Shown one piece after another: positions 1 to 16,205 of a stretch of DNA of 64,000 bases. A program made the position numbers and the translations under genes. The stretch is from the human T2T-CHM13v2.0 reference genome, Homo sapiens. The notes under the pieces were generated by a model that did no database searches, had not been told where the DNA came from, and saw only the letters and a list, made by a program, of their open reading frames with translations. The stretch lies in NCBI RefSeq assembly GCF_009914755.1, contig NC_060937.1; one strand, 5' to 3'. Position 1 is the stretch's first letter. Every line of letters starts with the position of its first letter.

Positions 1-119
1 TGCAGATGCTGAGAAATTCTACTGTTGCAAATCTACTGTATTTTTCTAGGAAGCTCATGCTCCTACCCTCTGCAATGACAATTTCATCCTCTCTCTCTCT
101 CTCCTAAGACTTTCCATCT

Positions 120-1060
120 AGCACCACCCACCATTTTATCTAGTGACCTTATCTCATATATCACTAATGAAAATTCAAGCCATTAATAGTGTACATCCTC
201 ATCCTGCCTGGAAATCCTGCCATTTCCAAATAAACTCATATATTTTCCCTTTCACCTATCTCTCCTTTCTCTGCTACTGCAGCTAATTCACTACATATTC
301 TCTGAATCCCTTTCATTTTGATTATCCTAAGGACATTCCTTCTTCAGGAGTCTTCTCTCTTTTTGGCATATTCAACTTTTTTCTCTCTAATACTTCATTC
401 CAGTCACATACCATTCATCATTGATATTATATCCCCCTTCAATTACCATTACTCTTTGTTTAACTTCTCAGAAATGTTATCTATACATTCTATTTCCATA
501 CCTATATCTCTTTTTTGAAGCCTTCAAGTCATTCCATTCTTGCTTATCTTCATAAACAGCAAATGTTTCTTCCAAGGTCACTGGACACTTTCATTTTCCA
601 AATGAAAGTTCTTATTCTGTATGATCTACCAGTAGCTCTCATCAAAGTTAATGTTTCCATCTTTGAACCATCTCCTAGGTGTCCAGTGACCTTATTGGAT
701 ATCACTTATCTGTCATCTTTCCTTATCTCCTCCTACTAGACTTTAAAACTGGACTTCTATAAAACTTGGTACAGAACCACATTCTCTTGCTCTTCCTATC
801 TCGAGATAATTTTATTAATTGTCAGGGCTCTAGATATCATTGGTATTTTGACAAATTATCTTCATTGAAGGTATCTCCTTGATGCTGTGTATCTTCACTT
901 TGATATTTTATATTCACTTGAAATGTTTCCTGTTTCATCTTTATGTGGGTATTTTATAAATGCCTTCCCTCCCATCCCTGCCAACTGTTCCTCCTCCAAT
1001 CTTCTCCAACACAGAAAATAATCCACCCAGCTGCTCAAGAAAGAATCCTGAGCATACCTC
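120..1060 (+). mobile_element. Degraded L2 LINE fragments
   Basis: Pyrimidine-rich tracts with L2-like segments (gtgaccttatctcatatatcactaatgaaaattcaagc; atccacccagctgctcaag); boundaries approximate. Confidence 0.5.
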
Positions 1061-2299
1061 AAGTCATGATTATTTAATCTGAGTTTCTCCTAAGGATTTA
1101 TTGTATATGCATGAAAGACAATAAATAATGTGCTTAGAACAATTTCCAAGTGATTAATTATGGCTGCATGTCAAATACAGAATAAAATGACGAAAGTCAT
1201 ACTTCAGTGGTCATTGTCACTATTAATACCTTAACACCTTTTTGCTTTTATGCAGAGCTGCATCCACTAAAATAAGTTAATATTCTACCTTTACAGACCC
1301 CTTTGGTAGAAAAAGCAGGTTCACAAGCCTATCTGGGGCTTACCCATATAATGACTTCTCTAAAATATCACTAATCAAAGGTATTATGCTTTCCTGACAG
1401 TTAGGATTCAAAGTGGTAAGATTTTCCTTACCTTAAAAATAAACATATGCCAGAGAGTGCAATGGCAGACAAGTCCAAAGTCAGGTTACATATATGTAAT
1501 TATATATTTACAAAATCTTTTCATTAACCCATCGAGAAGAACCACATATTATTTACTACAGATAATAAAAAACATCTCAGGGGTTCATCAGTGTTGGAAC
1601 ACCAGTGGTTTTTTTTTTTTTTTTTTTTTTTTTGACCCTAGACAATATGTTGCCTCTGAATTATTTTGAAGACCAGGCTGTTTATTTACACCAAGAAAAT
1701 TGGGACATTTTAACTATATCAGAACTTGGCAAAAATTTTGAAATAATACATGAGATTGGACTTAAGCAGTACTTATGGTAGTAATTTTAATTTTTAAGTT
1801 CTATTTCAATAGTGAAGAAAGTCTGTTAACTTTTTTAAATAATGCCTATGTTAACAAATAAGAGTTTCAGTGCTTATATCTTGCATGCAAAGTGTAAGAT
1901 GCCTTCTCCCCTCCTATTTAATTTTTGAAGAACTTCTGGTTTTTAAAAAGAGAATTTAAAAAATCAAAATTGTGGACATAAGTAATGTGTGACTTCTCAG
2001 TAGTCAATCCATTAAAATCCACCTAGAATTTTAACAAGGATTTCAGTTTAGTAAACATTTATTAAGCATCTCCCATTAACTAGCACTGAAAAAGGTAACC
2101 TCACAATGTCAGTGTTAATAGCATGCATGATACAGCCCACCTGCTGGCTTTCTTGGCAGGCATTGCTAATTTTTAACTAGAGTCTTCACAATTCAGCTGC
2201 AGGTTTTTTGTTTTGTTTTGCTTTCCCTAGTCAGTTTCAATATAGGTCACTTTCATGCCAGACACATATTTACCATTTCAGTGTTAGCAGTAGCAAGAT

Positions 2300-2743
2300 C
2301 TGTGAAGAATCTGAGATTTTATCTTACTTGAAAACTAATAGATTATCCTGTTAGCAGTTCATGGATGTGAGACATGAGACTCCTGGGTCAGAAACAAGGA
2401 CTTTATTACTCATGGCATAGCAAGTAGGCTGAACATCAGCATATTTTATATTGGTTCCCTGAGACCGAATCCCCACGAGGCATTGTGAATAGGGCCAGAT
2501 GATACCTACACATGTGGTTGGTTGTGTTAGAACAGAAGAACCCTGAGTTTAGGGAACCCAAAACTTTTATAATGAGAAACCAGCATGCCTGCCCTTTGCT
2601 TCAGATGGAGACACTATTTCTATCTTTCAAGGTTGTTTCTACGTAAAAATTCTTGAAAAGATATTCTGTAACAGGGTCAGTCTGTACCTCTGCTCGTAAG
2701 ACAAGTAGAAGCCCAGAATACTCAGGCAGAATTATCCCCCACA
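2300..2743 (-). mobile_element. ERVL-class solo LTR (LTR40-like)
   Basis: tgtgaagaatctgagattttatcttacttg...catgagactcctgggtcagaaacaaggactttattactca; TG...CA termini; family name recalled. Confidence 0.55.
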
Positions 2744-2771
2744 AGCAGATAGAACATTTTACCTCTTTAAA

Positions 2772-3335
2772 TGAGACAGGAATAATATAGGGTGGTCACA
2801 GGAGAATAAAAACTTCCAGGTGGCAGTTTCACGTAACTAGAGGCTACAGGCTCATAATACCCTGAAAAGCAGGGTGTGGACCAAGCTGGCTAAGACTGAC
2901 TGGACCCAACATGGTGCTTGATTTGACTTAGGTTTCACCTAGGACCTCAGTATATGTTCATTAACATACTAAATCAGATACCCAACAGCGCCATGACAGT
3001 TCTGAGAATACCTATAGTTAGTGTTAAAATGGGTGGCACTACAGTTCTGAGAAATCTCTACCTTTTCCCAGGAATCTTCACGAATATCTTACCCCTTGGT
3101 TAAAGAAACCCATAAAGGTAGCAGCTCCAAACCCTTCTGTGAGTGACTCTCTCCTGCATATGCCTGCACTCCCTTTCTTGAGTATGTACTTTTTGCTTTG
3201 CAATAAATCTCTGTACTTCCACTCTTTTCTAACTCATTTTTGAATTCCTTTTCACAATAGTGTCAAGAGCCTGGACACTAGCTGGGGGTAAAGATCCCAG
3301 AAGCATTTGGGGACCTTCCCCAGCTCACCAGTATC
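2772..3335 (+). mobile_element. ERV1 solo LTR (MER50-like)
   Basis: Starts TGAGACAGGAATAATATAGGGTGGTC; gcaataaatctc polyA signal near 3200; U5-like gtgtcaagagcctggacac. Confidence 0.7.
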
Positions 3336-3739
3336 CAGTGTGAAGGCTAATCTCAGGATTTAATCCTCAACATATGTCATTCATTCTTCAGAAATAAGTA
3401 AGGTGATTGAAATTGTTTCAACTTAGCAGATGAATTAATCAAGTCATTTCTGCATACAACTAAGAACCAATCTAAGCAACTAATTTAATGTGAACTAATC
3501 AAAGTTAATAATCTTTAGTTTTCTGTTGGTATACAGGTACTGTATATCTAGATTAGGGTCAGGTATCTTTATGGTATTAAAGAAATTAATCAGTATAAAG
3601 ATCATTTTAACAGCTTCGTTTATTCTCTGTGCTGACCAGTCCTGCTATTAAATATAGAGATCAGTTTTGTTCCCTTCAGATATTTATTTGTTCTCTGCAG
3701 ATTATTTCTCTTTAGACATTATATTTATTTAGTATTTTA

Positions 3740-4000
3740 AAAATATTTTTATAGATATTTTCCAATATACACAAAAGTAGAGAGAAGAGTATAATGAACC
3801 ATATGTGTACATCACCCAGGTTAGTCAATTATTAACTCATGGCCAATCTCATTTTTCTCTCTTTCTCTACTACTCACTTCCCCTGGACTACTTTAAGAAA
3901 TCTCAGACATTGTATCAATGTATTTGGGTGAATTATTTTCAAGATAAGGCATTTCTGCTCTTCTTCTCTTTTTTGCCTATTCATTCTGATAAGTTTATTC
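3740..4000 (-). mobile_element. Old L1M 3' end fragment
   Basis: atacacaaaagtagagagaagagtataatgaacc...catcacccag resembles L1MC/ME 3' ends. Confidence 0.45.
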
Positions 4001-5255
4001 TTGTGTGTGTGCCTATTTGGAAATTTGCTTACACAAATTGTATGTTTGAATCTTGTTTGGGTCCTTGACATGCAGGTATACTATGCTGTATTTCTGTTTT
4101 GTTTTTATTCTTTAACAGTAGTTTCTTTATTTTTATCTATGAAAATGTAAGTCTCAATATGATCAAATTTGGGCACCGAGGGAAGAACTTCTGTGGCTTG
4201 ATTTCTTTTCCTTTTCCTTTCTTTCTTTCTTTCTTTCTTTCTTTTTTTTTATAAAGACAAATCCTATTTTGGGTTAATTTCCTTTTAACTAATCAAAAAT
4301 GTTCATATGCCTTCTTCATATATTCACTCATAAGATATGTGGCTATGAAATGACTTTAGATTTGCTAGAACAACTTGTATATGTACAAATTCCTATATAC
4401 TCCTCTAACTGATCATTTCATCCAAGCTATGAATCATTCTTCTTGTTTTCCTGCAAGCCTTTCCAGTTTATCTACAGCTTTACAAATGAGTTGCCAGAAG
4501 ATGAAAGAAGAGCTTAGGCTCCAAAATAGAGCTGGCCCCATACTGTGTAGAGACCCAAGTTTATATGCGGAGAAAGAAAATTGGTTGCTAGTAGAGCTTC
4601 CAATTTGGTAGAACTCTCCAAATTCATATCTCAAACATACAAAGTAGGGTTTCCTTTAAACTTGATAGGATTCTCTTAGGAGACAATGATTTGTCTATTA
4701 CTATTTAGGTGCTAATTCTTAACATATGTACATTACCTTAAATTTATGGTTCAGATACTCTAGCTTCGTAATGGATAAGGTAACTGTACTGTGGATAGGA
4801 TGAACAGGAGATGGTGAAGCAAAAAGGAAAGCATCTTTATTTAGGGCTGAGGTTGTTGATGGTATCAATCGCCATAAAGTAAATAAATCTGTGTAAAATA
4901 AATCTCTCACAGATTGGAATTGCTAAACAAGAGGAAAGAACCAAGGAAGCCTAAAAGGTAAAAATGAGTGTTTGTCAAAGCTGGGAGCTCAGGATACAAG
5001 TCTGGAGTAGTGACAATTCCATGGTGCCTGCCTTAGGGAATCAGATAAATTTTAGGGAAAGAAGAAAGTCATGGCTACTGCAGCCTTGCACAGCGGCACT
5101 GATGTGTGGCCATCACAAGATCAAAAACAAAACAAAAATGTTGGTGGCCTTACTTTGTTAGTGTTTTTAAAAATCCCCTGGTGTTGTTTGGTTGGTTTAT
5201 AAACAGCTGCTCTGGATGCTGCAATTCTTTTTCTGGTGAAGCATAGCGAGAACAT

Positions 5256-5512
5256 TAAAAAATTTTATTTTATTTTAGATTAGAAGTATACGTGCAGGCT
5301 TCTTACACGGATACATTGTTTAATGGTGGGGTTTGGGATTCCAGTGTACCCATTGCCCAAATAGTAAACATTGTATCCAACAGGTAATTGTTCAACCCTC
5401 ACCTCCCTCTCAACCTCCCCTCCCTCTCAACCTCCCCTCTTTAGAGTCCCTAGTGTCTGTTTTTTTTCCATCTTTATGTTCATATATACCCATTGTTTAG
5501 CTCCTACTTATA
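5256..5512 (-). mobile_element. 5'-truncated L1 3'UTR fragment (L1PB/old L1PA)
   Basis: T-rich tail, then gtgtacccattgcccaaatagtaaacattgtatccaacaggtaatt...cccattgtttagctcctacttata. Confidence 0.8.
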
Positions 5513-6414
5513 TCAGTAACTTTAATGGCATGCTGTAGTCATTGAGCGAAATATGTTTTTTTAAGTTTTCAAAGTATTTTCATATGTACAACTGTTAAGT
5601 CCCTAGAGAGAAACTCCAATAAAAATTATTTTACATTTACAAAACAGTGGCACTTTAGAGTATGACTTAATTTCCTCCTCTTACGTCATTTTAGTTAGGA
5701 ATTTTAAGAAAATGACTTTACTTGTCCATCCCAATATCTTTGGTAACATGTTATCTATAGCACACTTGTTGTGCATGATTCATGTGTTAATTATACTTAT
5801 TTTTTTCCTAGCTCACCACAGAAAACATTCCTGAGATGAACATTTTCCATGAAAATCGATTAGCATTTTAAAATCTCATGTGTTACATTTTTATCTTTTA
5901 TTCCTTCTCCCAGAAAAACACAACAATATCTTTAAATGGAATATTAAAAGCTTCCTTTTCGGAGAACATCAGCAGTATTTCTCCAATAGCTTGTAATAAT
6001 ACTAAGTAGGAAAGAACAGTGCACTGAATCACAGTCTTGCACTGTTATACAATCACTTAAGGTCAGTTACATAAGGAAATAGATAAATAAAGCAAAAGGA
6101 AACTTGTATCACATTTGTGAAAAATGCCAAGCTACATAGAATGGAACTGGCACTCAGTTAACAGTTGGCTTTATTCAGGGTCTTATTGATGACCCATCGG
6201 CCTTGCAGGCTATTCATGAAGTGAGCTCTTTTAGGTTACTTATGCCTTATGATTACAGAGCAAATAAGAGAAGAAATTCATTTCTAGTAATTAAACATGA
6301 TATTACTAATTTCTTAAAGGCTTTACTAGGTCTCAAGATCTTGAAATGTCTGACTTTTAAAAAATAAAAGTGAAAATCCAAGATGTGAAAGAATCCATTT
6401 CAAAAAATAACAAT

Positions 6415-6510
6415 TTATTAATTTTTTTCAATTTTATTTTAGATTTGGGGTACATGCACAGGTTTGCTACCTGGCATATTGCATGATGCTGAGATTTGGG
6501 ATATGAATGA
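6415..6510 (-). mobile_element. Very short L1 3' terminal fragment
   Basis: ttttattttagatttggggtacatgcacaggtttgctac...; degraded TSD-like pair tgaaagaatccattt / tgaaaggatcagttt. Confidence 0.65.
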
Positions 6511-6589
6511 AAGGATCAGTTTTGATAGCCCCCTCTCTACTGACATTTTATGAGCAGGGAACTAGTGAGGAAGAATAGAGACATCACTA

Positions 6590-6790
6590 AATTTGGACTT
6601 AGGAAATATGATCTTGGGTCCCAGGCTTCTCTTATTAATTCTGTGATTTTGGACAGGCCACTACTTAACCTCTTTGGGCCTCAGTTTCTCTTTATAAAAT
6701 GTAGACAGTATTCCCTGTCCATGTCAAAGGGCTGTTAAGCAAGCAAAATGAAACAATACATGTTAAAGTGCTTTGTAAAAGAGTGTTACA
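6590..6790 (+). mobile_element. MIR SINE
   Basis: Core cttaacctctttgggcctcagtttctctttataaaatg and aaagtgctttgtaaa. Confidence 0.75.
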
Positions 6791-8299
6791 CAAATATAAA
6801 ATGTTTCCATTCTTGAGTTTCTTCCTAATAAGGCACATAAAGAATATATTCTGGAGGAATAGGGTTTGGGTAGTCAAGAATTTGGACATAATCTTTTGTA
6901 AGTCCTGCTCTTGATCATGATCCTCTCAGTTGCTAAAGGGATTAAGTTAGACACTTACAGAGGTGTAGTTTTTTCAACCACTTACATACACTTCTCAAGA
7001 GATCAGAACAATTGTTCCATCTCTTCAACAATCTGAAAGAAAAAGCTATGACCCTTTGTTTTCTAAGGGCCAAATATAGGCCATGTAACAATTAGATTTC
7101 ATTTAACTGTCAAGAACACCCAGTTTCACACACAATTAAAAGAGAATCTGGAAAGATGCATAATGGACCGTTTGTTGGAGGGGAATATTTAACCTTATAC
7201 TGATTGTATTTAAATCATGCATTTTGTTTAGAATTCAAGAGGGTATTATCGGGGTAGTGAGAACTGAGGAGAACAGGAGATTCTTTAATTGCTGCAATTC
7301 TTTATTTACTTCCTTTCCAGGGCTGTGCAGATGGATTCAATGTAGAGATCAAAGGCAAAACCTTTATAAGGCATATAAACTGAAATTACTTTTGCACCAA
7401 CCTAATAGTTTATGTCCATTTTCAGAAGGGCAAGAGGGGAGCTTTAAGAGGCTAAATGACATATTAATTTATTGCACTGAAAAGTGGGATCTTGGCTGCT
7501 TATCTTAAAGCTGTATCTGACAAATATAAAATAGAGATATAAGACCGTTAGAGGAATGGTAGCAAAAAAGTTCCCCCACTTAGTAATGACCAGCTAAATA
7601 TTCATGTAGCAAACATTTGGCCTGAATTATACTGATAATTGCATCAGTCCTCTATTTGACTTTGCATGTATAAACAAAGACTGGTAAATCTAATCTAGAC
7701 ATCGGAACCATGTTGCTGAGCTTACAGCTATTTATGTGCTTTAAGGCACTGAACTAAACATCCCATTAAGCCTTTGAAGGTTTAAGAATGGAACCACTCT
7801 TGATTTGGTTTACTTTCATCCTTAACTTTCCATGCAAACAGTACTCAAAAGAGCAAACAGCAGACTGACTGTTGATCTCAGTCTGTGTTCTAATTCTAGT
7901 TGCAAATTTGCATCAACAGTTTCACATTACTGAGTTAATCATTTTCGCTTTTTGCCAGGTCAAAATATTAATACTGGTGTTTCCTGGAGTGGCACATAAG
8001 TAATTCAATAAACACAAACTAATACAGATGCAGAGGATCAGTGCCATGTCTCTGGTTCCACCAAACGTTGAATTTCCCAATAAAGAGCTCATGATTAGGC
8101 TGTGACTAAATGAATGAGCTTTGTAAAAGAGTACAGATCTCAAAAAATGTGGAGGTTGCATTCAATTACATTTGTGAATGTTAGGAGACTGTCAACTGCC
8201 TTTGGAGTCCAAGGAGAGAGCCAGCAGACACCCTTCTCACCACCCTGGGCTTTTCATGAGAGTGGCACTGCAATATCATCATCCTAGCTTAGGGGAATT

Positions 8300-8497
8300 G
8301 GTGTGCAATAAGCAAGAGGCAGGACTTGGGAGTCAGGAAGGTTTGAATCCTCATTCTGCTATTTACTACAAATGATGTAACTCTTTGGAGCCTCATTTTA
8401 CTGTGTGAAATGGAAACATGAGTTTTATGAGAAGTAAGTGAGTGAACATAGGTAAAGTGCCTAGAACAATGCCTGGCCCAGAAATGGCATTCAGTAC
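8300..8497 (+). mobile_element. MIR SINE
   Basis: ggtttgaatcctcattctgc; gtaaagtgcctagaacaatgcctggc. Confidence 0.75.
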
Positions 8498-8859
8498 ACA
8501 CTGCTTCCCTTCTCTTCCGACAGGTTCCTGGAGACAAAGGAAAAGGGATATCTGGTGAGGCAGTAGAGGTCTAGTTCATCCACTTAGAGATCATAGAGTC
8601 CTCCAGGTCGCAGGACTGGATGCTGAGATCTGGGTTTCGGTCCTCCATGTGGGTTCATCTAACCCTCTTCCTCTACCTCCCGTTTCAGTTTGCAACTAGG
8701 TATCAGGTGACACCAGGACCTATCAGAAGTGCAGGTGTCCATTCAGGTGCCTTAAGGACATTTTTCTTAGTCTTGTGTCTCCTGGAGAAGGATCCTTCAT
8801 TATTTGTGTCCAAAGAATACTGCACCTCAAAGGAAATTAAAAAAAAAAAAAAGTCTGAA

Positions 8860-9039
8860 GTTGTTCTTTTAATAGATGGTGTAAGAAGTGGGATTTATTT
8901 ACAGGATCTATTTCCTTAAAGTTTCAGTTTGATCATGTCACATTTAGCATAAGCGACTCCATTTTTGTTTGGCCTAGTCTGTTGGGGTCTGGTACATGAG
9001 CTTTGTCCAAAACAATGGCCTCTCATAATTGTGTTAACA
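8860..9039 (-). mobile_element. ERV1 LTR fragment (MER31-like)
   Basis: agtctgttggggtctggtacatgagctttgtccaaaacaatggcctctcataattgtgttaaca resembles the reverse complement of the MER31 5' end. Confidence 0.65.
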
Positions 9040-9685
9040 ATTGGCAGGGCTCTCCTATCTTACCTGATACCTGGCCTGAGGATAATACTCTGTAATCCTT
9101 AAAACTTGGAACATTTCAAGGGCTTGCCTGAGTTCTCACTTTTTGTCTCCCCACCACATGGGAGCAGATCTCCTGGGCCTTCACTTCTCTGTGGTCTAAG
9201 GGAAGACTGGGAGTATAATTTGTTGCCTTATAATTTTGGGCCCAAAGGGTATACTTCTTAAGGGAAGGGACTTTGGGAATGGTGATGACTGACACATTGA
9301 CTGAGCTCATATTTCAGATAAAGTTATATTCTCCATTTCAGAGAGTGATCTTGTTTTCACAAAGGTGAATGCTGCAAACATATAATCAGCATAACATTGA
9401 AACAGTAAAGTAACAGAGGTTATTTCTGTCTCAGAAAAATATCATGTGAATAGATGCCCAAACTAGAATGGTATATTTGGAGGATAGCAATAGCTGAGTG
9501 TGGCTGAAGTCCAGGGTGGTGTGGAAGAAAATTAAATGTAAAAGTAAGTTTTAATTATAAAATAAAGAATCTTAAAGATAATGATGGAACTCCAACAACT
9601 CCAGCCATGGGCTCAGGGACAGAACTCTGATCTCCCTGGGCCTCAGCCCCTAGGGGGAGGGGTGGCTGTAGTCTCTGCGGACCAG

Positions 9686-10315
9686 TAAGAGGTGAAGCCA
9701 GCTGGACTTCTGGGTCAGGTAGGGACTTGGAAAACTTTTCTGTCTTACAAGAGGATTGTAAAATGCACCAGTCAGCACTCCATAGCTAGGATTGTTAAAT
9801 GCACCAATCAGTGCTCTGTGGCTAGCTAGAGGTTTGTAAAATACACCAATCAGTGCTCTGTAAAAACGCACCAATCAGCACTCTGTGGCTAGCTAGAGGT
9901 TTGTAAAATGGACCAATCAGCACTCTGTAAAATGGACCAATCAGCAGGACGGCGGGAACAAACAAGGGAATAAAAGTTGGCCACCTCAGGCAGCAGCGGC
10001 AACCCGCTCGGGTCCCCTTCCATGCTGTGGAAGCTTTGTTCTTTTGCTCCTCACAAGAAATCTTGCTGCTGCTCACTCTTTGGGTCCATGCCACCTTTGA
10101 GAGCTGTAACACTAACTGCAAAGGTCTGTGGCTTCATTCTTGAAGTCAGCAAGACCACGAACCCACCAGAAGGAAGAAACTCTGGACACATCTGAAGGAA
10201 CAAACTCTGGACACACCACCTTTAAGAACAATAACACTCACTGTGATGGTCCGCAGCTTCATTCTTGAAGTAAGTGAGACCACGAGCCTACCAGAAGGAA
10301 CAAACTCCAGACACA
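9686..10315 (+). mobile_element. LTR12 (ERV9) solo LTR, LTR12F-like, inserted in the L1 5'UTR
   Basis: taagaggtgaagccagctggacttc...aactccagacaca; tandem CCAATCAG repeats; exact 4-bp TSD CCAG at 9682-9685 and 10316-10319. Confidence 0.93.
9768..9976 (+). promoter_or_regulatory. LTR12 U3 promoter: CCAAT (NF-Y-type) repeats and AATAAA-type TATA box
   Basis: CCAATCAG at 9804, 9846, 9871, 9913, 9937, a CCAGTCAG variant at 9768 and gggaataaaag at 9966-9976; activity not shown. Confidence 0.65.
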
Positions 10316-10804
10316 CCAGCAGACTTAGTCTTTCGTCCTTCTAGTTCTGAGGAATCCAGGCATCCCAGGCCAGTGGGTTTACCCCCAGTGAAGCACACCT
10401 CCTCCATCAAGGGACAGCCAAAATGTTCATTAAATGGGTCATGCTCCCTGTGCCACCCAAGTGAGACCCTCCAACAGGGGCTGTCAGACACTCTAAACAG
10501 GAGCATTCCTACTGGCATCAGGTTGGTGCCCCTCAAGGTCAGAGATCCAAGAAGAAGGAGCACACACTCATCTTTGCTGTTCTCCAACCTCCTTGAGTGA
10601 CATCTCCGGGTGCGGAAGTGAACCAGATGAATAGGGCCTGAAGAGAATCCCAGAAAACCGGAACAGCCCTACAGAAGAGGGACCTGATAATTGAAAGAAA
10701 AACAAACAGAAAGCAACAACAACAGCATCAACAAAAAAGTCCCCTCAAAAACCTCATCCCAGGGTCAGTAACCTCAAAGATCAAAACTAGACAAACTCAT
10801 GAAA

Positions 10805-11809
10805 ATGAGAAAGAATCAATGAAAAAATGCTGAAAATCCAAAAGGTCAGTGTGACTCTTCTCCTCCAAATGATTGCAACACCTCTCTAGCAAGGGCATAG
10901 AGCTGCACAGAAGATGAGATGGACAAATTGACAGAAGTAGGCTTCAGAAGATGGGTAATAACAAACTCCACTGAACTAAAGGAGCATGTTCTAACCCAAT
11001 GCAAAGAAGCTAAGAACCTTGATACAAGGTTACAGGAGCTGCTAACTGGAATAATCAGGTTAGAGAGAAATATAAATGACCTGATAGAGCTGAAAAACGT
11101 AGCACGAGAACTTTGTGAAGCATACACAAGTACCAGTAGCCAAATTGATCAAGCAGAAGAAGACCATCTTGCTGAAGTAAGGCATGCAGACAAGATTAGA
11201 GAAAAAAGAATAAAAAGGAATGAACAAAACCTCCAAGAAATATGGGACTATGTAAAAAGACTGAACCTATGATTGATTGGAGTACCTGAAAGAGACAGGG
11301 AGACTGGAACCAAGTTGGAAAACACACTTCAGGATATTATCCAGGAGAACTTCCCCAACTTAGCTAGACAGGCCAACATTCAAATTGAGGAACTACAGAG
11401 AACACCACTAAGATACTCCATGAGAAGATGAACCCCAAGACACATGATCATCAGATTCTCCAAGGTCAAAATGAAGGAAAAAATGTTAAGGGCAGGCAGA
11501 GAGAAAGGCCAGGTCACCTAAAAATGGGAAGCCCATCAGACTAACAGCAGATCTCACAGCAGAAACCCTATAAGCCATAGGACACTGGGGGCTAATATTC
11601 AATATTCTTAAAAGAATTTTCAACCCAGAATTTCATATCCAGCCAAACTAAGCTTCATAAGCAAAGGTGAAATAAAATCCCTTCCACACAAGCAAATGCT
11701 GAGGGATTTCATCACCACCAGGCCTGCCTTGCAAGATCTCCTGAAGGAAGCACTAAATATGGAAAGAAATATCCAGTACCAGCCACTGCAAAAACACACC
11801 AAAATATAA
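10805..11809 (+). pseudogene. Disrupted L1 ORF1 (ORF1p)
   Basis: ATGAGAAAGAATCAA start; peptide GFRRWVITNSTELKEHVLTQCKEAKNLD...NEQNLQEIWDYVKRLNL; stops and frameshifts. Confidence 0.9.
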
Positions 11810-11869
11810 ACACCAATGACACTATGAAGAAACTGCATCAACTACTATGCAAAATAACCACCTGGCATC

Positions 11870-15064
<3,195 letters not shown>

Positions 15065-15505
15065 CTCTGTCATTGCAGCTCTTTTGGCTTCTCTGTCTGC
15101 CTTTCTGTTTCCTGTAGCCTCAGCACCTCCTCTGTTTGATGCCCTTTACAATGGATGACTGCTACTTCTTTTGGAGCCCATACAGCATCTAAGAGGTGCT
15201 CTATTTCCTTTTTATTTTTGATTTCCTTTCCTTCAGTTGTTAATGATCCTCTTTCCTTATATATGGATCCATGGGCATGCAAAGTGGCAAAAGCATACCT
15301 TGAGTCAGTATAGATGTTTACTGACTTTCCTTTGGCCAAGAGCAATGCTTTAGTGAAAGCTATTAGCTCAGCTCTTTGGGCTGAAGTTCCGACTGGCAGA
15401 GGGTGGGCTTCAGCTACTGAATTCAGTGTTACCACTGCATATCCAGCCTCTCTGACAATTTCAGATATGAAGCTGCTTCCATCAGTAAAGTATTCAACAT
15501 CTGGG
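15065..15505 (-). pseudogene. ERV pol RNase H domain
   Basis: [43 protein letters not shown] in one frame; [10 protein letters not shown] follows in a shifted frame. Confidence 0.93.
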
Positions 15506-15506
15506 T

Positions 15507-16205
<699 letters not shown>

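Noticed and set aside
5402-5440. 17-bp tandem duplication ctccctctcaacctccc
   Set aside because: Ordinary slippage in the L1 3'UTR purine/pyrimidine tract.
9740-9950. Repeat-spacer-like array (CRISPR-like)
   Set aside because: These are the normal tandem CCAAT units of LTR12 U3; eukaryotic context and no cas genes.
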